A DNA stretch of 64,000 nt, taken from positions 62,001 through 126,000 of IMG/VR virus record IMGVR_UViG_3300011934_000017; one strand, written 5' to 3'. The position numbers were made by a program, and so were the translations under genes. Of this stretch, positions 1 to 9,365 are shown one piece after another. How positions within the stretch are numbered: the first letter of the stretch is position 1; each line of letters starts with the position of its first letter. The notes beneath the pieces are model-generated. The model saw nothing but the letters and a program-made list of their open reading frames with translations. It searched no databases and was not told where the DNA came from.

Positions 1-231
1 AACGTTAAAGGTTGTCGAATCTAGCACATAGTTAGGAGCACTAAACAACGAGTCTTCGGGAACAGGAGCGTTGATCACTTCGATGGTTTCAAGAACACCG
101 TCCCATAAACGCCAACCGCGTTGTATTAACTCCTTATACATTTCCAAAAACAAAGCACTGTGAGAGTCTTCCCCAGCTATATACGAAAACTTTAAAGAGT
201 TCTCGCCTTGCGGTTCAATTTCAATGGCCAT
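1..231 (-). CDS. Partial virion/tail-associated protein (runs off window start); probable paralog of 241..1242
   Basis: Not in the ORF track. Read manually from ATG at 231: MAIEIEPQGENSLKFSYIAGED..., open to base 1. N-terminus resembles MKVIPYGPNSYRFEY of the neighbouring gene. Confidence 0.6.
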   Translation of the reverse strand, partial: MAIEIEPQGENSLKFSYIAGEDSHSALFLEMYKELIQRGWRLWDGVLETIEVINAPVPEDSLFSAPNYVLDSTTFNV

Positions 232-240
232 ATTCTATCC

Positions 241-1242
241 TCACACAGGGATTAAAAAGCGGTCAGAAGTGGAGCCGACAAACATGTGATCTTTGTATTC
301 TCCCTTCTTAGAAGGAAAATAATCATCTTTTGTTTTATATGGAATTATAGACGTTACAACACCATATCGAGACTGTACGCTTTTTATTCCATATACATTA
401 CCCACTAAGTCTATACCGTTGTTTATTTCAATCAAAGAAATAGGTGACACCATAGGTGCTCGGGACAATCGATTTCGAGACTCGAAGAAACGAATAGGTC
501 CTCCATACCAGAATGAACGGTATCTTGTAGTATAGCGAGAACTATTCCAGTTACAAGATGTGATTCTTTCTACTTGATACCAGTGAGGTTGTGCCATAGG
601 GTCATTAACACTGACATAATAATATCTATAACTGGAGTTGGTAGACCCTGATAGCGACAGCGGAAAAGAGGCGCTTTGCGTCTTATTTATATCGATATCG
701 TTTCCAGTCATTCTACCTGACAAATGATGACCGTCTGTCCAACAAAACTTGGAAGTGCCTCGCGTCTGAAGCTCGAAGCAACCGCTCCATGTGCTTCTGC
801 GATTACCGTACGTTTGGTAGCCAGAATCATTCGATATGTCGGAGAACATTGCTAGCCAACGAGAATGCACGAAAACAAACATCGCACCACCGTAACCAGA
901 AGTGTCTATAACTTGCTGATGGTAGTTCCAACTGTCTAAAGCACAGACGTTTTGAAGTGACGTGGAACCTTCTGCTGCACCGTCTCCTACTTCCAAGCGT
1001 AACATATTAGCACCGCTATTAACGACGCTTAGCCTTACATATTTATAGGTTTCACCGTCGGCGCAAAGAGCTTTTAGAATTTTGGGATTGTTATTGCCCG
1101 GAGAGCTATCGTGATGCATGACCCAACCGTGTTCACCTTCAATAATAACACGACATATCTCAGGTAAAAGTAAATCATTTCCCTCTTGTGGATCAGCGTA
1201 TTCGAAGCGATACGAATTAGGACCGTAGGGAATTACTTTCAT
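241..1242 (-). CDS. Virion structural/tail-associated protein
   Basis: 333 aa, aromatic-rich and beta-type; 4-nt overlap with the upstream tail-fibre gene. Confidence 0.5.
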   Translation of the reverse strand: MKVIPYGPNSYRFEYADPQEGNDLLLPEICRVIIEGEHGWVMHHDSSPGNNNPKILKALCADGETYKYVRLSVVNSGANMLRLEVGDGAAEGSTSLQNVCALDSWNYHQQVIDTSGYGGAMFVFVHSRWLAMFSDISNDSGYQTYGNRRSTWSGCFELQTRGTSKFCWTDGHHLSGRMTGNDIDINKTQSASFPLSLSGSTNSSYRYYYVSVNDPMAQPHWYQVERITSCNWNSSRYTTRYRSFWYGGPIRFFESRNRLSRAPMVSPISLIEINNGIDLVGNVYGIKSVQSRYGVVTSIIPYKTKDDYFPSKKGEYKDHMFVGSTSDRFLIPV

Positions 1243-2726
1243 GTGCCGTCTCCTAGAATCTGCTCACGGTCTGCGATGTAATCGATACGCACACTAAGAT
1301 CGCTTCCACCGCCTGAAAGAACGCTAAGTGTTATAAAGTCGGACGTATCTAACTTCACACCAATAACATTGTTTCCACTATCGTGTTCTTGAATGGGAAT
1401 GGTAGGCTTTGGGTCTTCTCCAAACAAACTGGTCGTATTGTTCAACAGAACGTCGATGACAATGGGTTGAACGTCAGACGGAGTGTTTACGAAGCAGCGA
1501 ACGTTCGTGAACTCAACAGGGAAAGGAGGATACCAACGAACACCTCCGCTGAACGTGACGATCTGCCCAGGTACACTAGAGAAGATACTGCGAGGCATAG
1601 GTGCTACCATAGACACCTGTTCATCAACATATTTTCTATTTACAATATCAGTAGGTGTAGTAGGTGCATTAGGCTGTTGTACACTACCTGTTAACTCACC
1701 ACCTGATTTGTCTAGTTTCTCATTTAACTGATCTTGAGCGTTAGACGTAAGCCCTGAAATATTACCCAGATCATCAACATTCGCTTCAGATGCTGCCAGC
1801 TTGCCTAAATCTGTTGATACGACTACTTTATTGCCTGTAAGGTTAGCATTAGTTACGGTACTTGCTGCACCTGTAATAGCGTCTTGTTTAGCGGCCAGAG
1901 CCGTGTCGAAGTTACTGATAGCGCTGTTTATTTCATTCAGACGCTCCGTAGTGATATCGCTTTCCCGAATTTTCCCCTGCGTATCGGAAATAACAAGACG
2001 ACCTGGAAGCATGTTTGCGACGGTAAATCCGGACACTGCGCCCGTTACAACGCTTTGACCGTCTGTAATACCATGACCTGCCAAAGTAGAAGGGTTGGTG
2101 CCTCCAATAACGCGCCCAAAGCGATCTACAGTGATACGTCCGTAAGTACCTGACGTAATGCTCTGAACTTCGGCAAGCGCAATAGCATCACCTGTACGTA
2201 CAAGACCAGTACCTACGTTGATCATGCCTTCACCGCTGAAGATAGCAAAATACATGAAGGTTTGACCCAACACCATATTTGAACCGTCTTCAGGGGCACG
2301 TAAAATCCAAGAGCTATTGGAGTTGTGCTCACCATCTTCTACGTAAGTAAACATACCCGGAGTAATATTGCGATCCGAGTTTGCGTCAGAAGGCCGCGTC
2401 CACACTTCTTCTTGTACGACATAGATACCGTTGGTTCTTGGATCGTCCTGATCTTTAAGTAGAACCCTGTCACCAATTTCAACGGTCACTTTATCAATGA
2501 TCTGTTGCCCGTATCGAACATAAGAGGCGCCGTTGGACGCGACTTTAACAGAATCTTTTGCGTCAATGCCGCGCTTGTCTACACCGTCGGACCACTCTTC
2601 ACCTGTCCAATAGTAAAGACCCTTGTTGTAGTTTCCGTACGGCTTTTTCAGATACACGACTTGACCGACTTCCGGCTCTAAAGGAAATGTTTCACGTCCA
2701 ATAAAGACTAGACTATCATAAAGCAT
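1239..2726 (-). CDS. Tail fibre protein
   Basis: DAKDSVKVAS...GDRVLLKDQDDPRTNGIYVV module, YGRITVDRFGRV...TLAGHGITD motif and KLDKSGG..TG fibre motif; all typical of phage fibres. Confidence 0.75.
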   Translation of the reverse strand: MLYDSLVFIGRETFPLEPEVGQVVYLKKPYGNYNKGLYYWTGEEWSDGVDKRGIDAKDSVKVASNGASYVRYGQQIIDKVTVEIGDRVLLKDQDDPRTNGIYVVQEEVWTRPSDANSDRNITPGMFTYVEDGEHNSNSSWILRAPEDGSNMVLGQTFMYFAIFSGEGMINVGTGLVRTGDAIALAEVQSITSGTYGRITVDRFGRVIGGTNPSTLAGHGITDGQSVVTGAVSGFTVANMLPGRLVISDTQGKIRESDITTERLNEINSAISNFDTALAAKQDAITGAASTVTNANLTGNKVVVSTDLGKLAASEANVDDLGNISGLTSNAQDQLNEKLDKSGGELTGSVQQPNAPTTPTDIVNRKYVDEQVSMVAPMPRSIFSSVPGQIVTFSGGVRWYPPFPVEFTNVRCFVNTPSDVQPIVIDVLLNNTTSLFGEDPKPTIPIQEHDSGNNVIGVKLDTSDFITLSVLSGGGSDLSVRIDYIADREQILGDGT

Positions 2727-2738
2727 AGGGTTCTCCCG

Positions 2739-3713
2739 TTAACTGTTGTAATGCACGTAATATGTTTTGCCTGTTTCAGGATTCAAAATGATTCGAGGCG
2801 GTTCGATAATGTCTGTTAAAGAAATTCCCGTACCTACTTGAACCCATTCACCATTTTCACTTTTCCAGACAGTATTTGACGAAACATCAACGATTCTAGC
2901 GCCAGCAAAAGGTTGATTTATATTCAGGTAGGTAGACCCGGATTGACTGTACGTATAAAAACCGTAGCGTGTAGGTCCTTTAAAGACGCTAAGCTCCGGA
3001 TAATCATTCAGGTCGAGAACTATCTCTTCAAAGGATCCTGGCGCAAACTTCGTTGTGTTTACTCTGAAAATATCTTGATCTCGGTTGATCTTAACGTGAG
3101 TCTCTACGCCTGACCAGCGGCGAGTAACAGATTCTCCAGGAACATCGATTATAATGGAATGACTGTTGGTTTCTCCGTTGTAATACGCGATAGCGTAAGA
3201 GTCTATACCAAATACACCGCCTCTTGTCCGAACTGCGGTCAGTAAGTGAGGTCTATCGTTCACAAAAGAAGCCGACATTACTAGGCCGATGGCATCATCA
3301 TCGCTGTGATGTGAAGTTAAAGTAGCCTCAAATTCAAAAGAGGAATACACGTTAGGGCTTACAATAGTGTTATGCCTGCTAGTGTTATCCGGCATAACAA
3401 AAGAATCACTTGTAGAGTTGAAGTACCAAGAACGGGCATGTCCTGATGCGTTCTCCGCACTATAGATGTTTTGTCCATCTGTTCTCGGCCAGGTATTGAA
3501 AATATCTTTGTTGGACAATGCTGGTGCCGTGTTTACGTGATTCAGCGCCTCTTCCGGAGTATCGAAAAACAACTCTTCGATTACAGGGGTTGTATCTACT
3601 CCGTATCTAGGCAATCCATTGATAAAAGCCATTCTTTCACTCAGAACAGACGTGTCTGAGGTCACAGGTGGCTTAGTTGATGCAGAAGAAGTAGTTACAC
3701 CTTCGATTATCAT
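2739..3713 (-). CDS. Lectin-like (TSP_C/L-lectin-like) fibre-tip protein; paralog of the C-terminus of 11726..15148
   Basis: DIFNTWPRTDG...FEATLTSHHSDDDAIGLV...YGFYTYSQ aligns by eye with DVFNTWPRVDG...LEAVLTSSNNDDDSIGLV...FGFYTRSQ. Confidence 0.55.
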   Translation of the reverse strand: MIIEGVTTSSASTKPPVTSDTSVLSERMAFINGLPRYGVDTTPVIEELFFDTPEEALNHVNTAPALSNKDIFNTWPRTDGQNIYSAENASGHARSWYFNSTSDSFVMPDNTSRHNTIVSPNVYSSFEFEATLTSHHSDDDAIGLVMSASFVNDRPHLLTAVRTRGGVFGIDSYAIAYYNGETNSHSIIIDVPGESVTRRWSGVETHVKINRDQDIFRVNTTKFAPGSFEEIVLDLNDYPELSVFKGPTRYGFYTYSQSGSTYLNINQPFAGARIVDVSSNTVWKSENGEWVQVGTGISLTDIIEPPRIILNPETGKTYYVHYNS

Positions 3714-3726
3714 ATTCTTCTCCTGA

Positions 3727-3936
3727 TTAAACCTGATTGTTAGATTGAGTGTTGTTTAGAGGAGCCTCGTACATGATAGACCTCCAACCTTCTTGAAATA
3801 CATAAAGTCCGGGTGCGTACTCTCCATACGTGGTTAGAAGATAGACAATGCGGTTCTCGTAAGGATTGTCCAGTGCGTGGACGTTTTCAGCTATTAGGGT
3901 GGTATTGCCTTTTAAAGAAGGATCATCGACTAACAT
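3727..3936 (-). CDS. Small fibre-associated protein
   Basis: IVYLLTTYGEYAPGLYVFQEGW matches VVYLKKPYGNYNKGLYYWTGEEW at the N-terminus of 1239..2726. Confidence 0.55.
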   Translation of the reverse strand: MLVDDPSLKGNTTLIAENVHALDNPYENRIVYLLTTYGEYAPGLYVFQEGWRSIMYEAPLNNTQSNNQV

Positions 3937-3945
3937 GTTCTTACC

Positions 3946-4185
3946 TCATGTGATAAAGACTTTCCGCCAATTACCGTCATGACAAAACACACACAGGCCA
4001 TGATAGTCATGATAAAAGAAGGCGCCTATACTAATATTTTTATCAGGAAAAGTATCTCCGCTTTTAGGTACTATATCAAATATTTCTTTTCCACCAACTT
4101 CTCGCATCTGATCGAAAAACATAGTTACGTTCCAAAAAAAAAATGGGGAGTGAGAATTAACCCACACCCCATCGTTATACATCAT
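3946..4185 (-). CDS. Small fibre-associated protein
   Basis: 79 aa; TFP...G..FY....GL....G.W motif like its neighbours; 4-nt overlap coupling. Confidence 0.5.
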   Translation of the reverse strand: MMYNDGVWVNSHSPFFFWNVTMFFDQMREVGGKEIFDIVPKSGDTFPDKNISIGAFFYHDYHGLCVFCHDGNWRKVFIT

Positions 4186-4403
4186 CGAACAGCGGCAACA
4201 CCAGCGCGAGGAACGGTGAAGGTAACTTTGAGAGAAAGGTTATCGATAAGCTCTACACCTAGCGGAATAATCTTTTGTCTCTTTCCTTCGTGATCGACGT
4301 ACACATCAACAACTGGCGCCATAGTTCCAAGATTGTGATATACAATCCATTCTGCCGCAGGCTCGGACTGGGTATGTGTGTGACTATAGAAACCTATAGG
4401 CAT
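4182..4403 (-). CDS. Small virion protein, single EWxxxHNL domain (start adjusted to MPIGFY at 4403)
   Basis: AEWIVYHNLG...IIP...LKVTF motif; start at 4403 avoids overlap with the upstream gene. Confidence 0.65.
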   Translation of the reverse strand: MPIGFYSHTHTQSEPAAEWIVYHNLGTMAPVVDVYVDHEGKRQKIIPLGVELIDNLSLKVTFTVPRAGVAAVR

Positions 4404-4410
4404 AGTATTC

Positions 4411-5010
4411 TCACAAGCAACGTACAAAACCAGTGCGCGGCGAACTGAATGTCACAATAGCCGTGTTTAGGTCTTGGTGGTGAATGGAAAGCGGTTGCAC
4501 TTCTTGGTTGCCAACAAACACTCGAACTAACGGCTCTTGACCCAGAAGATGATTCACTTCCCAAATAGCAGAAGCCGTGTCGAAATTCTGTTCGTAAGTG
4601 TAGTTAGCACGAGGAACACCGTCTGTATTACCAATCATAAGAACGGCACGACCTGCCTGCTCTTTCGAAAAGTGAATGGTGGTATTATTGAAATCACATT
4701 GAACTTCGTCAGGAATAATGTGCTTGCCTTCTGTACTAATAACCTGAGCAAGAAGGTGAGAAGTGTTTAGATTGTGATCAATTACCCACTCCGTAGAGGC
4801 CGCAGCTTGATCATGAATGAACGTGTTCATTGGAGGCGTCAAAGGTATCCAAATGGGAAGACCTTCATCAACTTCGATACAGATCATTACACGTTGACCT
4901 TTGAAGATAAACTGACCTACTTTAGGGCTTTCAGGAAAGTTTTCTTGCTGATCAAGCACGGGATTCAAGAGCAGGTTATTTAGCAAGTTTAGATTGCCGT
5001 GTACCTTCAT
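4411..5010 (-). CDS. Virion protein with two W-x-x-x-H-[NL]-L domains
   Basis: TEWVIDHNLN and IWEVNHLLG repeats; AGGAG RBS upstream. Confidence 0.7.
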   Translation of the reverse strand: MKVHGNLNLLNNLLLNPVLDQQENFPESPKVGQFIFKGQRVMICIEVDEGLPIWIPLTPPMNTFIHDQAAASTEWVIDHNLNTSHLLAQVISTEGKHIIPDEVQCDFNNTTIHFSKEQAGRAVLMIGNTDGVPRANYTYEQNFDTASAIWEVNHLLGQEPLVRVFVGNQEVQPLSIHHQDLNTAIVTFSSPRTGFVRCL

Positions 5011-5034
5011 TGTTTAACTCCTATGTTGAGAGAA

Positions 5035-5052
5035 TTGGGGCCGAAGCCCCAA
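5035..5052 (-). terminator. GC stem with cUUCGg tetraloop (terminator or mRNA-stabilising hairpin)
   Basis: Minus strand TTGGGGC-TTCG-GCCCCAA just after the stop of 5057..6763; U-tract is weak. Confidence 0.6.
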
Positions 5053-5056
5053 CTAT

Positions 5057-6763
5057 TTATTCCGGAGCCACGGCTTTGAGACCTGTTACAATAACGCGAC
5101 AAGTTGCAGCTTGGGTGAACGTAACGCTCAAGCTATTATCGTCGGTGTATGTAATGCTTTCAGGAATGATAACTTCATCCGAAGAATCTACTACGGTTAC
5201 TTGGACGTACTTATTGCCCAAGTTGTGAGTAACAACGTGAGATACAGCAGCGGTTACTTGCTCCGAATAAACAAAGTAGCCATTTTCCATGCGAGTTGTC
5301 AGCGCTGTGATAGTATCATTTACGCCTGTAATCTGTGTGCCTAAATAACCTTTAGATACAGCAGCAACACCAGTGGAAGCGGACTGATCTTCACTATGAA
5401 GCAGAAGCTCACCCGTCATCGCTTCTGCGCCGTCACGTCCTAAGAATGTATTGCGAAGCTCTGCGCGGTCAACCAACACACCAGTTTCATCTACTGTGAT
5501 ACCGGATTGTGCAGGAGTCTGTACGCTCAGCTTGATACCATCACCGCCTTGCAAGCCGTTAGCAAGGGTTGTGGCATTCAGGTGCGTTTCGTTCAGACCA
5601 GAAGCTTTGGCACGCAAACCTGATTCAGAGTTTTCAAGTGTAGCATTGTCAGCTTTTACAGCAACTTTGGCATCAATGGAGGTGCTGGCGTTAACGCCAT
5701 CTTCAGTCAGGAAAATACCGCCGTTGAGGAGCGCATCAACACCTAACGCATCGTCGTTAGTAGAAGCAACACCAGGACCCATATCAATCTGAATGTTGTT
5801 GCCGTCTTTTTCAAGACCCGTTCCAGCAGTTACACCCGATAGACCACCAAAGTCAGCCCACATAGCGCCATTGTAGAACTGGAAAGATGAACGATTACGA
5901 TTCCAAACCAGAGCACCTACACCGACTTCACTTACATCATATGCAATAACGAACTGAGTACCGTCGTACTGTACAATATCTCCAGCACCAAGTTCTGCAA
6001 TGGTACCGAAGTTAGTGTGAAGAGCTACAGGCGTACCGATAATGTAACGGTCGCCCTCTGCAGGTGTTTCACCAGGGTCGAGAGTATCATCGGTCTGACG
6101 ATCAAGAACGTCAGCTTGGAAATCAAGACCCAGAACAGCAGTCTCAAGGTCTACTTGACGAACGGCATCTGTAGGACCTTCAGGAGAACCTAAACCTTGA
6201 ACGCGAAAACCACTCAAGTTTAGATTGCCGGTCATAGAATCGCCAGCTTTATCTACAGGCACATAACCCAGAGTAGCTTCTTTTCCATCAAGCTGAGTTT
6301 GTACGTTAGCTGTCACACCTGCCAGATGCTCTACTTCGGTAGACTTAGCAGAGGTAGTTGCTGCAATTTTACCAGTTCCGTCTGTAATAGCAATCATGTT
6401 GAATGCTAGATCGTCTACTAGAATAGATGTTGCCGCACCGGTAACGTTGTCTTGCTTTGTGTCGGCTACTGTACTCAGATAGCCTTTAGATACCGCAGTA
6501 GTTGGATCAGAAGACGATTGGTCAGAGCTATTAAGGGTAAGCTCCCCGACCATCGCGTTAGTACCATCCAGGGCCAAATAGTCACCGAGATTACCACCTT
6601 TCGCAATGTTCTGTACTTCGGAACCATCGAAGTATTTCAAAGAGCCGTCTGTAGTGTTAAACCACACACGACTTACAACAGGATCAAGAGGATCTGTAGC
6701 AAGTTGTTCTACTTTAAGGTCTTTGATAAGACCAGCTACACTTAGATTACCATTAACATGCAT
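5057..6763 (-). CDS. Tail fibre/virion appendage protein
   Basis: Fibre motifs (YLALDG..AMVG.L, VDKAGDSMTGNL, TAGTGLEKDGN), an internal duplication (DQS.S..AVSKGYL twice) and a C-terminal HNLG domain. Confidence 0.7.
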   Translation of the reverse strand: MHVNGNLSVAGLIKDLKVEQLATDPLDPVVSRVWFNTTDGSLKYFDGSEVQNIAKGGNLGDYLALDGTNAMVGELTLNSSDQSSSDPTTAVSKGYLSTVADTKQDNVTGAATSILVDDLAFNMIAITDGTGKIAATTSAKSTEVEHLAGVTANVQTQLDGKEATLGYVPVDKAGDSMTGNLNLSGFRVQGLGSPEGPTDAVRQVDLETAVLGLDFQADVLDRQTDDTLDPGETPAEGDRYIIGTPVALHTNFGTIAELGAGDIVQYDGTQFVIAYDVSEVGVGALVWNRNRSSFQFYNGAMWADFGGLSGVTAGTGLEKDGNNIQIDMGPGVASTNDDALGVDALLNGGIFLTEDGVNASTSIDAKVAVKADNATLENSESGLRAKASGLNETHLNATTLANGLQGGDGIKLSVQTPAQSGITVDETGVLVDRAELRNTFLGRDGAEAMTGELLLHSEDQSASTGVAAVSKGYLGTQITGVNDTITALTTRMENGYFVYSEQVTAAVSHVVTHNLGNKYVQVTVVDSSDEVIIPESITYTDDNSLSVTFTQAATCRVIVTGLKAVAPE

Positions 6764-6805
6764 GTTAATTCTCCGAAATTGAGGAAGCGTTATGCTCGTT
6801 TAAAA

Positions 6806-7612
6806 TTAGCTTGTTTGTTCACAGTTAGGATTAACAATCTCCAAATCTTCCAACCAAGTACGGGATTCGATGAAAGTTTGAAGTTCTTCGATGATCTGGG
6901 ATCTTGGTTTAATTCCATCTGATCGTACAACATAATCACGTACTTTAACGTGAATCTTGGAGCGTCTGTCCAGCAGTTTAGACTCATAATACTGGATACG
7001 TTCCACTTCTGCGGACACCTCTCTGTTAGATGAATATTGAAGAGAGATATCGTCCAGATGTAACATCAAAGTCTGCGGATGTTTATTGTTGGTCGAGAGT
7101 TTCTTACGGACAACATCGGAACCTAACAGGCTGTCCAATTCATAAAGCTCAAACAGCGTAGAGTTTAGATATTCTACCAAACATTCTGTAATGTAGGGAA
7201 AGGCAATAATCTGCGTCATACCTTCGACGTCCAAGATCATTCCGCTCAACACTTCCAGCTTTTGTTGATGTATGAACGTCCAATGTTCTACAAATTCTTC
7301 GGTGAACACATCGGCATTGTTAGATAGAATTGTTTCAATCTCTTCCGACATTTCTACCAGGTTAAGTCTTATCTCATTCGCATCTTCAGTTGATATCTCC
7401 TTTTTATCTAGTAGAAAGGTTTCCGTATAGAAAAGCCAATCGGCATAGCGATTGAACATTAGAAGAAGAATTTCCTTTGCTTCTTCACCAAACCCATTAT
7501 CGGACGTGACAAGCTGATTTAAGATGAAAGCTTTGGAATTATAGTAACCCTCCAATGCTTTCGATGCTGCTGACCGGTAACGAATGTTGTTACGTACAAA
7601 GGCCATTATCAT
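6806..7612 (-). CDS. Hypothetical all-helical protein
   Basis: 268 aa, L/E-rich, coupled to the upstream gene by a 4-nt overlap. Confidence 0.55.
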   Translation of the reverse strand: MIMAFVRNNIRYRSAASKALEGYYNSKAFILNQLVTSDNGFGEEAKEILLLMFNRYADWLFYTETFLLDKKEISTEDANEIRLNLVEMSEEIETILSNNADVFTEEFVEHWTFIHQQKLEVLSGMILDVEGMTQIIAFPYITECLVEYLNSTLFELYELDSLLGSDVVRKKLSTNNKHPQTLMLHLDDISLQYSSNREVSAEVERIQYYESKLLDRRSKIHVKVRDYVVRSDGIKPRSQIIEELQTFIESRTWLEDLEIVNPNCEQTS

Positions 7613-8169
7613 ATTCCTCTATTTCGATCCTGAAGCCTTCCCATACCCAACAAAGCACCCAGGATCTGGTTTTGCTTCTCGTTTAAGTTAGTCATGCTGC
7701 GAGTCAATTCAACAATCTGTCTTTCCAAAGAATCCTCTCGCGCATTTGTATCTGCATTATGAGAAGTTAAGTTGTCGGTTAATTTTGAGACCGCGAAACT
7801 CAAAGCTTCAATCTTAGGCATAAGTTCAGCGGTATCTTTATTCGATGCAGAGGCCTTGATTGTGTCTGAAATTACTTTCTCTACCTGTTGGAGCTTTTCC
7901 CCGCTTTCTGTTGAACCGATTTCCAAAGCTTGTCGCAGTTTGTGAAGCGCAGTTTCCATTTCTTCAAGTTGTTTCGCCAACAGAGAAAAAGAACTTTCGC
8001 CTGCAGCATTTACTCTATCTTGGAGCTCTTCATGCTTTTCCTTTAGGTCCTTGTGAGACTCAATGAGAGGAATTACAAAGAAATAATAGCCCAAAATAGC
8101 GCTGATGCTTAACAACACTGCAATGGATGTCGGAAGGGGATTGCCCGCTAAAGCTGATATGATATCCAT
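7609..8169 (-). CDS. N-terminal transmembrane + coiled-coil protein (holin-like topology)
   Basis: Hydrophobic SIAVLLSISAILGYYFFVIPLI followed by ~140 aa of heptad-like sequence. Confidence 0.5.
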   Translation of the reverse strand: MDIISALAGNPLPTSIAVLLSISAILGYYFFVIPLIESHKDLKEKHEELQDRVNAAGESSFSLLAKQLEEMETALHKLRQALEIGSTESGEKLQQVEKVISDTIKASASNKDTAELMPKIEALSFAVSKLTDNLTSHNADTNAREDSLERQIVELTRSMTNLNEKQNQILGALLGMGRLQDRNRGI

Positions 8170-8180
8170 TTTGATTCCTA

Positions 8181-8459
8181 TTAACAGTCAGCGTTAGTTG
8201 GTTCGACCAAAATCGTTCTATGGTCCGAGTTATCTTGATCAACCGTGATAAAAATTTTCGATACTCCAGGATTAACAAAGTAGCATTCCTTTCCCGTACT
8301 CTTATCTTCAACGCATACTTTAGAGATGCATTGGAGACTTTCTAGGACAACAGATTCTTTTTCACGGTAGTTGTTGGCTTTGAATATAGGAAAGAGTACG
8401 AGGAACACCATTAAAGCTAAAAGACATAGAAGTAGAAACCGTGCTACCTTTCCATTCAT
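8181..8459 (-). CDS. Small single-pass membrane/exported protein
   Basis: RFLLLCLLALMVFLVLFPIF hydrophobic segment; four Cys in the short soluble part. Confidence 0.55.
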   Translation of the reverse strand: MNGKVARFLLLCLLALMVFLVLFPIFKANNYREKESVVLESLQCISKVCVEDKSTGKECYFVNPGVSKIFITVDQDNSDHRTILVEPTNADC

Positions 8460-9355
8460 CTGCTGGTCTCCACATAAGAGATTTTATTTCCCTCGAAAAG
8501 GACGAACTGAGTTAGATTAAGTTGAGATACTCGACTGAGATTGATTCCTATTTCAGCAGGCAAAGCACTTGTAGGATTACCATCTATTGCTTCTAAAATA
8601 ACAGAAGCAATAGATTCTGTTCCAATGCCTACACCTACCGCTAAAGTTTGATTCGACCTTAATGTTCCTATCTCCACGTGTTTACTGTTGATTCTTGTTA
8701 TTATTGAATCTATTTGTTCGGAATATATAACAGAAAAAGAGTCACCATCTACTATACGAAAAGCATTGTTGATGATAACACCTGAATATTTTTCGCTGTT
8801 TATTTCCAACAAAGCTGCTCGAAGTTCCGTTGCTCTGCTAACGTCGTAAGTTTTAAAATCTACGCCTTTTTCTTTGGAAATTCGCGCAAACTCACGAAGT
8901 CTTCTCTGGCTAAAGTCCGACGTATCGCTTATTAGATAGTATTGAGGACGTATTCTCGATACATGTTCCCGAACAAGACTGCTGACTTCCATTATCGCAG
9001 AAGGAGTAGCAGCCCCTTTATTTCGTATACCTATTACATAAGGAATGTGAGTATAGTTATGATTATTTTGAAAACCAAGATCGGATAAATCTCTTCCTAG
9101 TACAACTAAATTAGAGAAGGAATTCACTCTATCTTTCAAACCTTCGGCTACCAAAACATCTGACTGCGAATAGTTGTCCAGAGAAAAATCACGCAAACTC
9201 AAAGAACTTACTGTCCATTCAGGTCGTTCCCTCTTTATGGCATTTCCTATCGACGTTCCATAAAGATCAGACACGTTTTTAGACTGGATAATATACAAAT
9301 CTGAATAGACAGGGTAAGACAACAACAATAGAACGGTAAAAATAAACTTTAACAC
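8456..9355 (-). CDS. Secreted protein resembling an ABC-type periplasmic substrate-binding protein (GTG start at 9355)
   Basis: AAGGAGG RBS 5 nt before GTG; signal peptide VLKFIFTVLLLLSYPVYS; YYLISD..., IGINLSRVSQLNL tail like the INLxxAxxLGL end of ABC_sub_bind proteins. Confidence 0.45.
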   Translation of the reverse strand: MLKFIFTVLLLLSYPVYSDLYIIQSKNVSDLYGTSIGNAIKRERPEWTVSSLSLRDFSLDNYSQSDVLVAEGLKDRVNSFSNLVVLGRDLSDLGFQNNHNYTHIPYVIGIRNKGAATPSAIMEVSSLVREHVSRIRPQYYLISDTSDFSQRRLREFARISKEKGVDFKTYDVSRATELRAALLEINSEKYSGVIINNAFRIVDGDSFSVIYSEQIDSIITRINSKHVEIGTLRSNQTLAVGVGIGTESIASVILEAIDGNPTSALPAEIGINLSRVSQLNLTQFVLFEGNKISYVETSR

Positions 9356-9365
9356 TGAAACCTCC

